Part shown: positions 26,101-41,100 of the stretch, piece after piece
Numbering within the stretch: the first letter of the stretch is position 1
Layout: every line of letters begins with the position of its first letter
Assembly (NCBI GenBank): GCA_030248215.1
Contig: JASANG010002067.1
Coordinates: forward strand, 186,001-250,000
Direction of reading: 5' to 3'
Source: Enoplolaimus lenunculus
Taxonomy: Eukaryota
Length of the DNA stretch: 64,000 nt
Program-made: the position numbers and the translations under genes
The notes under the pieces: model-generated
What the model saw: only the letters and a program-made list of their open reading frames with translations
Told to the model about the DNA's origin: nothing
Databases searched by the model: none

Positions 26101-29100
26101 CTGTGCATGGCATTAAAGATTTGTGATTTGTATTATGTTCTTCCTTTATGCAACGCGGACAATGTTGAATTTTTTATCTCAGGTAAAAATGGCAATGATG
26201 GAAGCGAACAATCAAAGGAAGCTATCCTTGCGAAGCAGCGTGAAGAAGTTGAAGAAGCGAAGCAGCGCAAAAAAGAAGAACGCGAACAGGCAATATTTTA
26301 AGATATTTTCTAATTGTTACTAATTGTTCTTTTTTGCATTCACCTAACGTGGTACTCTAAAATTTGTTTAAAACTATTTTTCGATATGCAACAGTCTGCA
26401 ACCAGAACTCTTGTTCAATTTTCATTATATATTTATGAAGGTGATAATTTGAGTTTTAAAGTTTAAAGCTCAACTTCTTTAACGAGCTCGGTATTTTTTA
26501 ACCAGTTGTTACTGTTTTTAGGATATTTTTCGAACTAGTAATAGTAAGAACACACCGACTAGAGATGTCTCGGGTCCTGTCCCCGGTACCGGTGCCTAAG
26601 GATCCGGGCCAGCACGTTATTTGCGGAATCTAACAGGGACCAGATTTTATATACGATCCGTAATTGACTCGCATGAAAAACAATCCTATCACGCTCGGTT
26701 TTCGTTTGAAAAATATAAAGATTACAAGAAATTACTGTACGCGGTAGTTTTTTGATTTTTTCACGGTTTGCTTTACACACTACATAACATACAGATCGCT
26801 TAGTTTTTCCGCTGGTAGCCTCCATATACGTATTACGTATATATTGCAGCTCATGTTGATAGTTATCTTTGCGTGTCTAACGTGGCCCTGTTGGTACCGG
26901 TCCTTCAAGACAGCAAGTTGCCTAAGACCGAGTGTCATAGTATGCTTGACCGGTTTAGGTTGCGCTATAGTTGAAGTTAATTTTAAGTTTGTTAACGCAG
27001 CGTGCATCAGTCTTAAGCCAGTGTTCTTCAATTGTTAGAGCCCTGGTGAGTCTTTGTGATGCTAAAATATGGTTGTTTCGCTCATCGCTTCATTAATATC
27101 ATACGTACTGTGATTCTGCTTTCAACAGCGTAAATTCATATGATTGGTGTTGTTATATGAGCTATATTGACTGGTTATATTCCAAAGTATGCCTCTAATT
27201 AGCATTGTTGTTGAACTTTCGTTTTCACGAAAGCAGCTGTATTTCTCCGCTCCGTGTACTGCAACTTCGTTCAGAATTTAAAGATATTGCTTGCATGACC
27301 CCGTCTTAGCAAATAGGAGAGCCAGTTTCTCAAGCAATTTTTTAGGGTCATCACTTTCGTTTTGAGGTACAAACTGTCGTTCAACGCGTTAACCGAGTAT
27401 TAGTTTTCGTCACAAAAGCAGCTGCTATGACAACGTAAAACAAAGTATCATTGCTACAAGTCTACTATTAGTAGCCTGCGTGTGGAATCGTAACCACCCC
27501 ACACCAAGCACAAAAGTATATTTTTCTAAAATTCTGCGCAATTCAGCAATGTTTTGTGAGAGTAATTTTGTGAACTTACAAGTATCGGTATCGGTTTGCT
27601 TCCACAAATGCCGATACCCTGACTTTACGATGATAAGTGTGTGTTCAACACACTGCCGTTTTGTGCTAAGTCAGCCGGTTTCACATTTTACACAACTAAC
27701 TGTTATTGATATCCGCTGTCCGCCCTTTGTTTCACAATTATCGCATTATTTTAGGAAAAAGAACGGCAGAAAGTAGAACGAGAACGAATACGCGAAGAAA
27801 AGCGAAAAGAGCAACAGGCAATGTCGGAATGGAAGCGAATCCGGGAAGATTTAGAATGCGATGATTTCAAAGTAAGATGTATCTAATCTTTGTAAAGACA
27901 GCTATATTTTGCTAGTTGTTAGCAATGTAATTCAAATTGTCAGCAGCTCCAACCATTTAGTTGTCACAAACGGTAAATCAGGAGTACCAGGCAGGAAACT
28001 AATATGTACGTCGCGGTTTGGTGAGATATAGGCTGTTATAGTGAGGGAAGTGATTCGAAAGTTTTGGGGGAATTTTCCAGGTTTTCCCACGATTTGGGAT
28101 ATCAGAAGCGAAGGTTTTGGATCTTTTACTGTTTCTTTAATAAGTACGTCTGATTTTCACGCTTTTTCATAAATTGCCGTAACCATAAACAGTTTGAAGT
28201 GTTAACAGCCAAAGTGCAGATTTTGTGCAAATTTCCGGCATTTTTTATGCTTAGTCGAGGTTGCGGAACCTTACTAATTTTAACTCTTGGTTTCAGAAGC
28301 ACGTTTTATTTATTTTTAGCCGCTGCCACAATTTACACGCGTAGAACTACCTAAACAAATGACTACATCACACTTTGGTCGTGTATTATCACTGATCCAG
28401 TTTATTCACGGTTTTTCTGAACATTTTAGCGCGGCTACCGAGTTGTTTGCAGATGGAATTAGCCTAGGTAATTGCTCGCTTGTATACTAAGGATTTGCAA
28501 TGCTCTGCATGAACCCTGAAGCTAGTTGAGAGGTTTTTTGGTTTTCTTTCGTTTGTCAGTTCATGTTCTAAAATGTATTTTTAAGGCTTATTTACATTAG
28601 GTTATATTTGACTTTCTATTTTTACAAAATTCGGAGTTTTTATTGTGATAATTTCCAGTCTCCAAACTGATTTGTCTAGTGTTTCGGACATTTTTGATGC
28701 GAAGGTTTTATTAACATGACACGTTATTTTAGACACACTTGTTCATTGCTTCTGGGATCGCGATGGAGGTTATTATGGCAAGCTATTGCAAGTTTTGCTG
28801 ATCGCTGTTTTTCAATTTCAAGATCAGGAGGACGGGGACGAAGGTGGGTTCTTCTACAAAAGCTGTGTATCTGGCGTCCGGTATATTGGTTTTTGATGTT
28901 AGATTTCCTTCGTAAAATTTCTGGCTAGGGAACCGTGCGGGACTGGACATAAAGTGATTTGTAGACTAAGGGATTTAGACAGTTTGGCCAGCTTAACTGC
29001 CTTGAACCCTAATATGCACGTCATATAATGTATAGGTGTTGTCGCAAAAGCAGTCTTATTTCAATACTAGAAGGCTTTTGGGTGCGAGAAATCTGAATCA

Positions 29101-32100
29101 ATTGTTTACGAACCTTCAAAGCCGATAATTGTATTTGTTAGTAAGTAATTTGCATATTAGCTTACTTGGTTAATCCAAAATTAGGACTTTTTAAATTATT
29201 TCACTGATTGATTATTAGGGTTACAAGTAATTCAATGTCAGTACTGGAGGGTTTTGGGGTACGAGAAATCTGAATAGTGTTTGAATTAATGACTAAGTGG
29301 CATATTAGTTTAATTGGAAAGCAAATAGGTCAAACTCTCTGTTTGTGCTTTATAAGCTCGGAATGTTTAACTAGACTGATTAAATGTATGTCCGAGCTTC
29401 GTTCAATACATGTAGTTCCAGTACGACTGGTTATAATACTAGTCGTAGTGAGACTACATGTATTGAGAGAAGCTCGAACAGACTTAAGCAATTAAGCTAA
29501 TATGCAAACTAGCTATTGGGTAACTATTCAATTTACAGCTTTGAAGGTTTATAGACAATTTATTCACATTCATCGCACCCAAAAAAACCCTTTATTGCTG
29601 AAATTAGATTGCTTGTAACCCAATAATTATTGAAATATTGTAAAAAGTCCTAATTTAAGCTTATCAATTATGCTAATATGCAAATTAGCTATTTAACTGT
29701 TCAATTATCGGTTCTGAAGGTTTGTTGTAGACAACTTATTCAGACTCTTCGCACCCAGAAAATTTTTATTGCTGAAATTATATTGCTTGTAACCCTAATA
29801 AACCAGTCGTAGTGAGACTACATCTATTGAGCGAAGCTCGAACACACTTAAGCAATTAAGCTAATATGCAAATTAGTTATTAGCTAACTATTCGTTTATC
29901 GGTTTTGGATGTTTGTAAACAATTTATTCAGATTCCTCACACCCAAAAACCCTTCAGTAAACCTAATAATTAGTGAAATATTGCAAAAAGTCAGATTTAG
30001 TCTTATCAATTAAGGTAATATGCAAATTAACTGTTAGCTAACAATTCAATTGTCCGTTTTGAAGATTTGTAGACAATTTATTCAGATCCTTCGCGCCCAA
30101 AAAACCCTTTAGTACTGAAATTCCATTGCTTGTAACCCTAATAATTAGTAAAATATCATAAAAATTCCCAATTTGGGCTTAACCATGAACAATTATGTAA
30201 ATTAGCCTGTAGCTAATAAACGACTTAAAATTTTAAAACACGATGCGAGGTTAACATTCCGGGATGACAGGCTTTCAAACAAAAAAGTTTGTCAAAATCG
30301 GTTCAGGGGTTCCTGAGATGACTCCAAGCATAAAATATAAAACGCTTAGCGATTTCGCTTCCTCAATAATACGTTTCACATATAATTTTTTATGCTTACA
30401 GTTGATATACATGACAAAGCAGAAACTGTAGACGTACCAGATTTGGATAGCCGAATGTATTTACCGTTGATTGCGGAAGCAACTCGATCTGCGCAAGACT
30501 GTAGATTAATTCATGGTATGATTTGAAAATTTCAAACGGATATCATTTTGCAGCATAACACTTGTGAATAGCTAATGTCCGTAAAGCACTTATTGCCGGA
30601 TATTCGATGTTATCGGCCAGTAAAAGCGCGCATTTTTCATCGAATCTCTGATTATTGCTTTCGTTTTAATTTTATTTGCTGAAAAATTGAATAAGCCTAA
30701 ATTAGGACTTTTTACAATATTTCACTAATTATTAGGGTTACAAGCAATCTAATTTGAGCAATAACGGGTTTTTGGTGCGAGGAATCTGAATAAATTGCCT
30801 ACGAACCTTCAAAACCGATTAATACGCAGGGCGCAAAGCGGAACAGGATTATAGATTTTGAAATAAATTATTTATAATACTTTTTCCTATTTTTTATGTT
30901 TTTTCATAATTTTTTTGTGTTTTTACATGTTTATTTTGGCGAATTCTCTAGTTTTTTAATTTCGATTTTAAACCACCAAGACTGAAAAACCGGTATCGAT
31001 ACTGAGACTTGTCCAGACTGAGGCCATCGTAGTTCAGGGATCTATGTGTTGCGAGTAGCGTCTTCCGCTCATTTATCGAAATATTATATTTTCCGCTCAT
31101 TAATCAAAATATTATATTTAAGGTTGTGGCGTGCGCGATTTGCCGTTAAATCAGAACACAGTAACCGAAGTTCTTCGCCAACATTTGTTATCCAGTGGCT
31201 ATTATACAGGACGCTCGGTGTACGTTTGGCGCACGCAACACAGAGGACACTACAGGTATGATGATATATATTATGCTCAGCTGTTGTTTACAACCATCAG
31301 CTAACGTGTCACTATTGATTAATTTCCGTTGTAACCTTGAACCACCTACAATTCATTCATAATGTAATGCTAATTTTTATGTTTTATGGCAAATTGTAAA
31401 ACATTTAACATATATTGTGTTCTCTTCTCAACTTTGCTAGCATTGTTTTAGATGTTCCGATGACGCAGGCATCGACCTTAAACTTAACCATGGCGAACTT
31501 TTGGACCGTTTAGAAGCGGACTGTATTTCACAGCTTGAACCAGGTAAAGTATGTGAGCATGTTACGCAAACCTAGGGATTTCAATTTTAAATTTTTATGT
31601 CATAAAACCTTATTTGAGCAAAGAAAGATTTTAGAAACTTGCGTTGGAACATTACAGGTTCGTTACTATAAGTGTGTAACGGATTGTGATTCCAAGGAGT
31701 CATCAAACATGGATTATGTACAGTGGAAATATGGAAATATATCCTGTAAACCACCTGTTCACAAATGTAATTCTGGCTACCCCCTTGTCACCGAATTTAA
31801 CATGACCATTTTTCTAAATTTCTATTTTTCAATACCAAGTGAGTTTTACTTTCTAGTAATCTTCTCGAAAACGTACCTTAAGCGAGTTTTTCACGATTAA
31901 CTTTTTCATTTTCATCACTATACAAAATCATTCAAGAAAAATTTCAGTTTAACAACTTATTAAGTATCCTGAATGAGATGAAAGGCATGAAGTTCGCTTA
32001 ATAATTTCGCAACTACGAAATTTTCCTGTTCCTGCGTTCCGCAATGTCGGAACAGGGACAGGAATCAATTTTTGCAGGAATTCCGGTGGAAACGTGTTGT

Positions 32101-35100
32101 TTGTTATTTTTGTCATTTATAGAAGATCGTTTAGTCATTGCTGAAACATTGATTGCTCAAATTATGTCCTTTGCTTGTGTTCGTGATGTTATCGACGCTT
32201 CAAGTGAACGAGTCCGAGTACTGAAGTGGAAACTGAAACAGTTGCAATTTTTGGAATCGCGGCAGACACGGGAAGCCGATGCCGCGCGCAATAAACTTGC
32301 AACGCCCGCAAGTATTGAGAAACTGTGGCGATCGGTAGTCGCTGAGAGGAACAAAAAGTTTGTACCCACATTTTTGCAACTTTATGCTCACATTTCGATC
32401 GTTGACATTCGTTTTTTGTTGCTGTTGCTAAAAATCATGTTTTCGTGATTCGGCAGCGAAGTTCCCGATGTTTATTGGAATAGCTGTTTTGACACTAACG
32501 ACCGATGAATTTCATGGAACTGACGGATGTTTTTAAGTTCCTAAAGTACCGCATGTCTGACAACGTAAAGTACCAAATGTATGTCAACGGAGCATTCGCA
32601 TTAGAACATTCAAAGCGTCAAGAGGTTTCAAATCGCAAATGATCGATTCGGGGAATGGTAATGAGTACCATTCTGCAGGTTCTCACCGGGATTTATGTTC
32701 TGGTAGTCTGTTAGTTTTCTTTATTAATAGTTTTGATATTAAACTTTTCCACTTTATTTCTATTTATGTTTCAGGAAATCCATTAATAACGACGAAGAAA
32801 TACAGTCAGCAGCTACTGAGTTCGTTTTTGACATACACAAACCACCTTCGGAAGTCACAGTTGAGCGCACACGCGTTCGTCGCTTGGTAGAAAAAGAAGT
32901 TGCCCGTCTACAGCGTGAAGTTGCAGCAATCGAAAAACGTGGCGGCGGTACTACTACACGTTTGACAAATGGTTCGAGTAACGCTGGCGCTGCGATCCAT
33001 TCAAAGTCAAGGTTTAACAATATTATGGGCCATAGTACGGAGACATGGGTAACGGGACTGTCGGATTTGACAACACAATTGTCGACTGTTCGATTTGAGT
33101 TTCTACGATTAAACGAAGACTTCGGAGCGAATAGTACTGCATCTTCTAGTGCCAGTACCGATGGAAGCAACGTTAGCAGGTCACTTTCGAATTCAAAGAA
33201 CGATTCAGATACAGCTAAACCCGCAGTCATATTTAGCAATAGCAACTGTCCGACTATTGACCAAGTTAGAGGTTTGCAGCGCGAACAAAATTTAACAACC
33301 GAACGCGCTCTTGTAGCTGAGCTTGAGGGTCATATTGGAAAAGCTGGCGGTTGGGCTACTTTACTTGGGAAAGATCGCGCTTATCGGCGTTATTGGGTAT
33401 TGCCGGCAGTGTCAACAATTTTAGTCGAAGCTCCCGGATCGAACGACCGTCCTCCGCCGGATGCATGCGGTTGTGCTACTCCGATTGATAAAGTAATAAA
33501 AATTAATGTTCATAGGCGATGTATGGATCTGTCTTGTTGTTACTTATTATATGCATTTGCACTTGATTCACCGGTCTTAGGATGGCGCTATACTTGTCAT
33601 CCGGTGCAGAACGAGGCTGCAAGTTAAAAATCTTGTTTACTAATTGATATGACGTGCCATGCGGTAATACAAGTACGATGCTGTACGGTACCGGACGACG
33701 CATCATGACATTAAAATAATATAAAAGTAAATCGCCATTCTTAGTTAGCAATCGCACAAGTTAGTCTGAGCCGAAAATTACAATTTGGTCATAGGTAATC
33801 ATAATGTTGACTTTGCAACTTTTAACAGTAATTCCAAAGTAATATCAAAAATCGTTCATAAGCTTTGTATTTAAGAAGGTTGCTGTGCAATTGAAGCTTA
33901 CAAAGTTATACAAAAGTTGTAAACCAACTCGCTGAAAACCGGAATTTTCATAAAAAAATGGAAAAATTTAATTACAGTGATTTCCGGAACCTCCGGTAAA
34001 GGTTTCTTTGGAGCCGTACGGTGATTTTTGTGCCGGAGTCTTATCCTGACCTCCGGTATTCATAACTATAACTCAAAACAGTTTTAAATTCAAACAACTA
34101 CCTGATGCAACGCGCCGTAAATGTAATGCGGAGCTAGCATTCGCTGTTAATTGCATTGATTTTGTAGTTATTTCGTATTTTTCATGTTTTATAGGTAAGC
34201 GATGACTTATTGATTGCGCTGCGTGTATGTGAGCAACATAGCAGCTCTGTTGAAAGCATAGAACGTTACTCAAATGATGTAAAACCCGAGGCAAATACCA
34301 CTACTGTGGCAGCCGAGTGTGAAGGCAATATATTTGCCACTATGTCTGCTGCTATTGCTACTGGCGATAGAAATTCGACAGAAGCATGTTCCCAGTCTGG
34401 GATTAAGTCGTGCATTAGTGACACATCAAGAAGTGGTGTTATGTGTGAGAAAATCAATCTGTTTCGATCTTTACTCGCTTGTTCGGGTCACATGGGCGCA
34501 TGTGTTGTGCACGATTACGATATTGATTTCGTGACCAATCTTGAAAAACGCAGTGGCAAAGAAAGCGCGTCGTCGCAAAACTTCAGTGGAACAGTTGACT
34601 CAATTGTTCACCCGTATTTTCCACATTGGTCTGTAATCACATCAGTTGAAACGCTAGACACATTGCTTGATGCGCTAAATCGACGTGGTGTTCGGGAAAA
34701 CGATCTAGCCGACAATTTAAGGTGCGTGTTATATATACGCTGGATGGCATTTTCAAATTGTGGACAACTATTGAGTATTGAATTTGTAAATTGCACAATT
34801 GTACGTATTTTTTAATGCTGGATGGATGAATCTGTAATCGGTATTGCTATAGCGCTATACTTAGGGTATCGGGTTCGGTATTTATGGAGCATATAGCAAG
34901 GCGGCAACAAAGGTTCGGATTCGAATTCGGCGAAACATTGTGGTTCGGATTCCGATTCGGTTGTAAAAAAGCCGAATCCGAAAGCCTAATCCAACAGTGT
35001 TCCGCAGTAAATTCACAATGGATTCGGATTTGCCTCCCTGGCATGTAGAGATACGTACTTTTACATTGAAATGTTTCCAAATAAAAAGAGTTGCATAATT

Positions 35101-38100
35101 ACAGGAACAAAATTATAAAAATTATTGAAAAAAATTGTAACAAATCATAATATGTAATTGTAATACTAAATATGCGTGTTTAATTGTACTATTTGTCGAA
35201 ATATTACGCGCTCTTGCTCTTAAGTATCATGCAACGGCCAGATACGGATATTGAAATTGAAGTATTCGGCATTCTGCACGGCATGTTGAAAAATTTTTCT
35301 TGCGTCACGAAACGAAACCTAATGTATCAAACGGGATTTTCATTCATATTTTTCATGTTATTATAAGTTTTGTTAGTTTAGTTTAGACTTGTGCACAACT
35401 TGCTTATTTGCATCGTTTCACTGCCCGCCAGCTGTACCGAGTCTTGAGTTCCAATCCGGAATAAATTTCGTTCGTACAAGAAAACGAACATGCATACATT
35501 ATGTCTTTAATTAAACCTTGGTATTCATTAACATGTGCATGGGATGCTATTACCTACTTGATTCAATATGCTTTAGGATATTCAAGTTGCGCTTAAACGA
35601 CATGTTATCTTTGCCGCACGATAAATGCACACAACCAAACAATTGGTTAGCGCAACTGAGTTCCTGGGATTTTCCACCGAAATATTGTGATGGAAAAAAT
35701 AGTCAAAATAATGAATTGAATCCACATTCAGAAGAAAACTGTCCCAAGCAGATTGAAACTGATTTGCGAAGTCAAATCCTGGAGTTGGAAGACAAACTAC
35801 ATCTTGGTGGTCTCGGACTGCTTAAGGTATAATTCATGGCTACAAGTGTTGTTGTTCATGACTATATGTTTTACACTGTGCGACGTTTGCAAGAACGTTT
35901 AGTTTTTGAGGCATTACTGAAAAACTTGACCAAGAAGTATTTTGAACCTGTTTCATGGTTTTATTAAATTTTACTCATATGCAGACTTACATGGCTGGCG
36001 TTGCTCGTGAAAGTATGCATAACGATGATAATGAGTTCTCTTTTTATCTTGATGGTTTCTGTGTATATGTACGGGCATGCATACCTTCACTTGAACTCTG
36101 TTCTTTTTATGTCTTACGGCATTTTGCGCTGATGGACTTTTTCAATTCAGTGTATATTACGCGTAAAGTTGAGCGTTTGAAACGCTCCGTGATTGACCGT
36201 TATATTAACACAAAATAACTGAACCAGGTCCCGTGCAGCACGGCAGGGTTTCTTTTTTCAAAATTCGGCGTGGGTGTTTTAGTGGGTTTTTTAATTTCAG
36301 TGGGTTTTTTTAAATAAAATGGGTTTTTCAAATACGTTCGAAAAGACATATAATTACGTATGTATTATATATATATACATACATGCATCTACGAAGTAAC
36401 TTTCCGATAGGGGAAGGTGCAAAAATATTTTATTTGTCTCAGTTTGTATTTTTGATTTAAGTTTCAGTATTAGGTAAAATTGTTTTCTGTGGAAAACACT
36501 TGGAAGACTAGGAAGGTTTCTAGTGGGTTTGTTAGAATTTCGACGGTTTTTTTAAACAAAGTGGGTGAAAACCTTCTATTTCAACCAAAAAAACCCGTGG
36601 CCAGAGGTATGTATCCATTGGTTTTTGAAAAGATTTCGTGACACTAAAAACATTTAGTCTTTCCTTTGGAGTATATTGCTTTCTGAAATTATTAGGTTCC
36701 GCAGCGAGAAGCGTGGAGAACTGAGTTAGCACAGAAACGGAGTGAAGACTCAAGCCAGTGTCAGAATCAGATAGAAATTGTTCGAGAGCTCCGCAACGCT
36801 TTGCGTCTCGTTGCCGAAGGCATATGCAGGAAATATCTTAAAAACCAGTTTGGATGTAAGTCTATCATGCTTATGAACTTTCCAACATAGGACCATTTAT
36901 ACCGCCATCATTCGTCGACTCCAATGTTTTGAAAACAAGTTTTTTCAAATCACACGGTGTGTTAATTGTGCAAAATAAAGTGTAAGCATGCAAGAAACTG
37001 GACTCTTCTCGTGTTTTGTTAGGCGAGGTGTTGCATGTATGGTTAACTTGCTCCTCGGCAAATCCCCTCGCGTTGTACTCCCTTGGAAATCCACCCTGGT
37101 TCGAAATTATACATAAAACAACAGCAAGATAACAAATAAATTTAAGCCACATAAAAATGGATTTTTACCACCGCTAAACTTTGATATAGCCAACTTAGAA
37201 AATTGCGAAAGATTTTAAATTTTTGTCGCTGATTTTTTGGAAAACATGTCAGAAAGTGCGTTCAATACCAAAACCCTTGTGGAAACAAAAAACAAATTAT
37301 GAAGCACTACTAATTAGCGTGAATTTGACAAGCTTTAAGAAAAGTGAAATCAATGAAGTGCTATTAAAATGACAACGAGGAATACTAAACAGATGTTTAA
37401 GCGTGCAAAACGCACAGTTTTGAACGAAAATCACTTTAAAGAAATTGCATAATTTTATGCCAAGTGACTAATATGACCTAAGTTTCGTGTTACGTGACCA
37501 TAACCGGGCTATTAAGATACAACTTTCTTACTTTTTTACCCTTTGATTTTGAACAGTTGAACCATATAAAGATTGTCATAATTTGTAATGGTTTTTCCCG
37601 CGCACTACAACAGCTGATGTACGTAGTAATCCGACTTCTCTTACTGATAAAAATACCACATTTAATCTGGACTAGTCGCGAAAAAGACGAATTTTCATAC
37701 CGAAAGGGAATTTCAATGGTGCTTACTATTGTATGGTGTGATTTATTAGCAGTTCTTAATTTTTTTGCTTTTTAGTATATTACTGTTTTGTTAAGTTTAT
37801 TTTTAGGTTCGACTAGCACAGAGGATTCAGATAACAACGTTAATACTTCTCAGGCGATTTTTGGGTTAGATATGTGGTTAGAGTCTCTTCTACAGTCAGC
37901 TACACTTTCGAGGGTAAGGTTGTTATTGAGCGTAGCGAAACTCCGAGCAAAGCTCGGAGTTTCGCGAAGCGTTTTATGTTTTGTTCTTGGGGGTCGAAAG
38001 GTGGATGTCCGTCCGTCCGTCTGTCCGTCCGAAAAGAATCTCAGGAACGGCTGAACCGATTTTGATAAACTTTTTTTTGTTTGAAAGCCAATTATCCTGG

Positions 38101-41100
38101 AGTGTTAACCTCGCATTCTTGTTTGAAAATTTCAAGCCGTTTTTTAGCTACATGCTAATTTGCATAATTAATTAAGCCTAAATTAGGACTTTCCACAATA
38201 TTTCACTAATTATTACAGTTAGAAGCCATCTAATTTTAGCATTAAAGGGTTTTTGGGTGCGAGGAATCTGCGTAGACTGTTTACAAATCTCCAAAACGGA
38301 TAATTGAGCAGTTAGCTAATAGATAATTTGCATATTAGCATAGTTTATAAGCGTAAATTAGGACATTTTACAATATTTCACTAATTATTAAGGTTAAAAG
38401 CAATATAATTTCAGCACTAAAGGGTTTTTAGGTGCGAGGAATTTGATTAAATTGTTTTCAAACCTCCATAAGCGATAATTGAATAGTTAGTTTATAGCTA
38501 TTTTGCATATTAGCTTAATTGACCAGGCAAAATTAGGACTTTTTAAATTATTTCAATAATTATTAAGGTTAAAAGCCATATAATTTCAGCACTGAAGGAT
38601 TTTCAGGTGCGAGGAATCTTAATAAATTGTTTACAAACGTCTAAAACTGATAATTGAATAGTTAGCTAATAGCTAATTTGCATATTAGCTTAATTGACCA
38701 GGCAAAATTAGGACTTTTTAAATTATTTCAATAATTATTAGGGTGGCTGAAAGGTTTTTGCGTGCGAGGAATCTGAGGAAATTGCTTACAAACCTCCATA
38801 ACCGATAATTGAATAGTTAGCTGATAGCTATTTTGCATATTAGCTTAATTAATTGACCAGGCAAAATAAGGACTTTTTAAATTATTTCAATAATTATTAA
38901 GGTTAAAAGCAATATAATTTCAGCACTAAATGGTTTTCAGGTGCGAGGAATCTTAATAAATTGTTTACAAACGTCTAAAACCGATAATTGAATAGTTAGC
39001 TAATAGCTAATTTGCATATTAGCTTAATTGACCAGGCAAAATTAGGACTTTTTAAATTATTTCAATAATTATTAGGGTGGCAGAAAGGTTTTTGCGTGCG
39101 AGGAATCTGAGGAAATTGCTTACAAACGTCCAAAACCGATAAATGAATAGTTAGCTAATAACTAATTTGCATATTACCTTAATTGCTTACGTGTGTTCGA
39201 GCTTCGCTCAATAAATGTAGTCCCACTACGACTGGTTTTAAAATATGATGGTAGTAATCATATTATCTTTCATTAGACTTGTTACAAAAAAATCCTGTCT
39301 GGAAGGACAATTAATACGTCATGTCAGCCTAAGAATAGATTTTACGCAGAGTGCAACCGGAATTACAATTTATTGGAACCGGAATTCAAAAAAATTACCG
39401 GAACAACAATCGGAAAATGAAAAATCCATGCCGCCGAAAAGTTCATATTAAAAATCTTTTTTGCAATATTATTGGTGAAATGGCCCTAGTTGGAGATAGA
39501 TATTCACTTTGTCTGCTGTATTTTAAATTTTCATAATCCACGGAAGCGAAATCTACCTTCAATGGTTCATCTTCTGTGATTGTTAAGGTTTTTATACTAT
39601 ACTAGTGAAATCTGTGTAATATTTATAGCCATTTTTAGTAAAATATCTTAGTTTCCGCCAACTAAAATTGAATACCGGACTTTTAATCCCGATAAAATTC
39701 ACCAGAACTGGAAGGCGAAAAAATGAAGGAACCGGGATTCCGGTTGCATACTGATTTTAAGGCAGAAATATAACCAGCAAATTGTTAATACTATATGACG
39801 AAACTTGAATTAAACAACACGAACCTTGCTTTTCTATAGGCAAACGTCCTTGATCCGTTATTGCGCTTCCATTCATTATGTTTGCACAGAAATTTGGTAA
39901 TATGTGTTGTTTCAGATATATCTTCATTTAGCAACTCTTGAAAAGCATATCATCTGGACTCGATCACTTTTACATGCTAAGTGTCGTGTTTGCCGTCGGA
40001 AAGGTGACGCCGACTCATTTGTTGTTTGCGTGGACTGTTCAAAAATTTATCATATAGAGTGTGCTCCATCAAATAGAGCTTCGGTAAGTAAGCACATTGT
40101 TTCAACGAAAACAGAATTTTTGTTTTCATCTAGTCATATTGTAGCTGTCAATGACAGTATCCTGAAACTGTGAATAGTAAGCAACGTTGCTGTTGAAAAT
40201 GTGATTTCTGTTGGTTTGCCCTGTTTTTTCGCGGCTTCTGTGTGTGCAGCTATCGAATCTTGTATTTAGAACTCGCTCAATTGCTCATCAGTGACGATAT
40301 GGTACTGTCCCGATTGTGCGTTGACAGTTACTCGTCGAAAACGTAGTGTTGCGGCTGTTACGAATAAATTAGTTGAGTCGCCTGGTGGCTCTTTTGCCTT
40401 AAACAACGGCTCCACAGCCGGACAAGATTCATGTGACGACAGAAGCGAACCAAGTTGCTCACAACAGCGCGATGGTAGCGAACTGTATAGTAGTGAACAT
40501 GATAGTAACGCGAGTGATACCGAAAGTGAAACCAATGAGCAACACGAAAGCAGTGCGGGGAGGTAGACATATGTTTTTGATAGCGCATATGTCTGCAGGA
40601 TGCTTACTGTTTAGCAAAGAAAGGAATGTACAAACAGGCGGATATTCGCCGATGGGGAACGTAATGTACTCTGTATACTTAGAAACACATTTCACACATG
40701 TTATATTTGTTAACTATATGTCGTATCTAGCAAGGGAACAAAGCGTAAAAACACGAATTATAAAATACAGGAAATTTAGTTATCCTTCTATATTTCGTCT
40801 CCCCCAGCTCCTTTCCTCTGGCATTGGACTGTTTCTCGCTCGACCACTCACTGGCAGTATTAAGAAATCCCAGTTGGCACTTATTTGGTTAGCCGAGTTT
40901 TTAGATAAGTTGGCTCATCACAAACCTTTCCCATATTTTTGGCATTGCGCACATGCAAGAGTAGTTTGCAACATCTTTACTATAACATATAAATTCTTTT
41001 CGAAAATGTAGCTTAGGCCAGATGCTGCTCTAGTTTGAAATCATACTTATAGAACCGAAACGTAAATTTTTAGCTCATGATTTTTATCTCGCTCACTTTC

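Noticed and set aside
32605..32657. Possible extra BAZ1A exon
   Set aside because: Its phase is incompatible with the next exon; 32357 joins 32775 in frame directly.
32760..33245. 161-aa minus-strand ORF
   Set aside because: Antisense shadow of BAZ1A exon 17.
35985..36012. Possible BAZ1A micro-exon
   Set aside because: It would shift the frame; LGLLK joins VPQREAWR directly, matching the family pattern.
38170..39180. Regular repeat array considered as CRISPR
   Set aside because: Contiguous roughly 175-bp units with no unique spacers, no cas genes and a eukaryotic intronic context.
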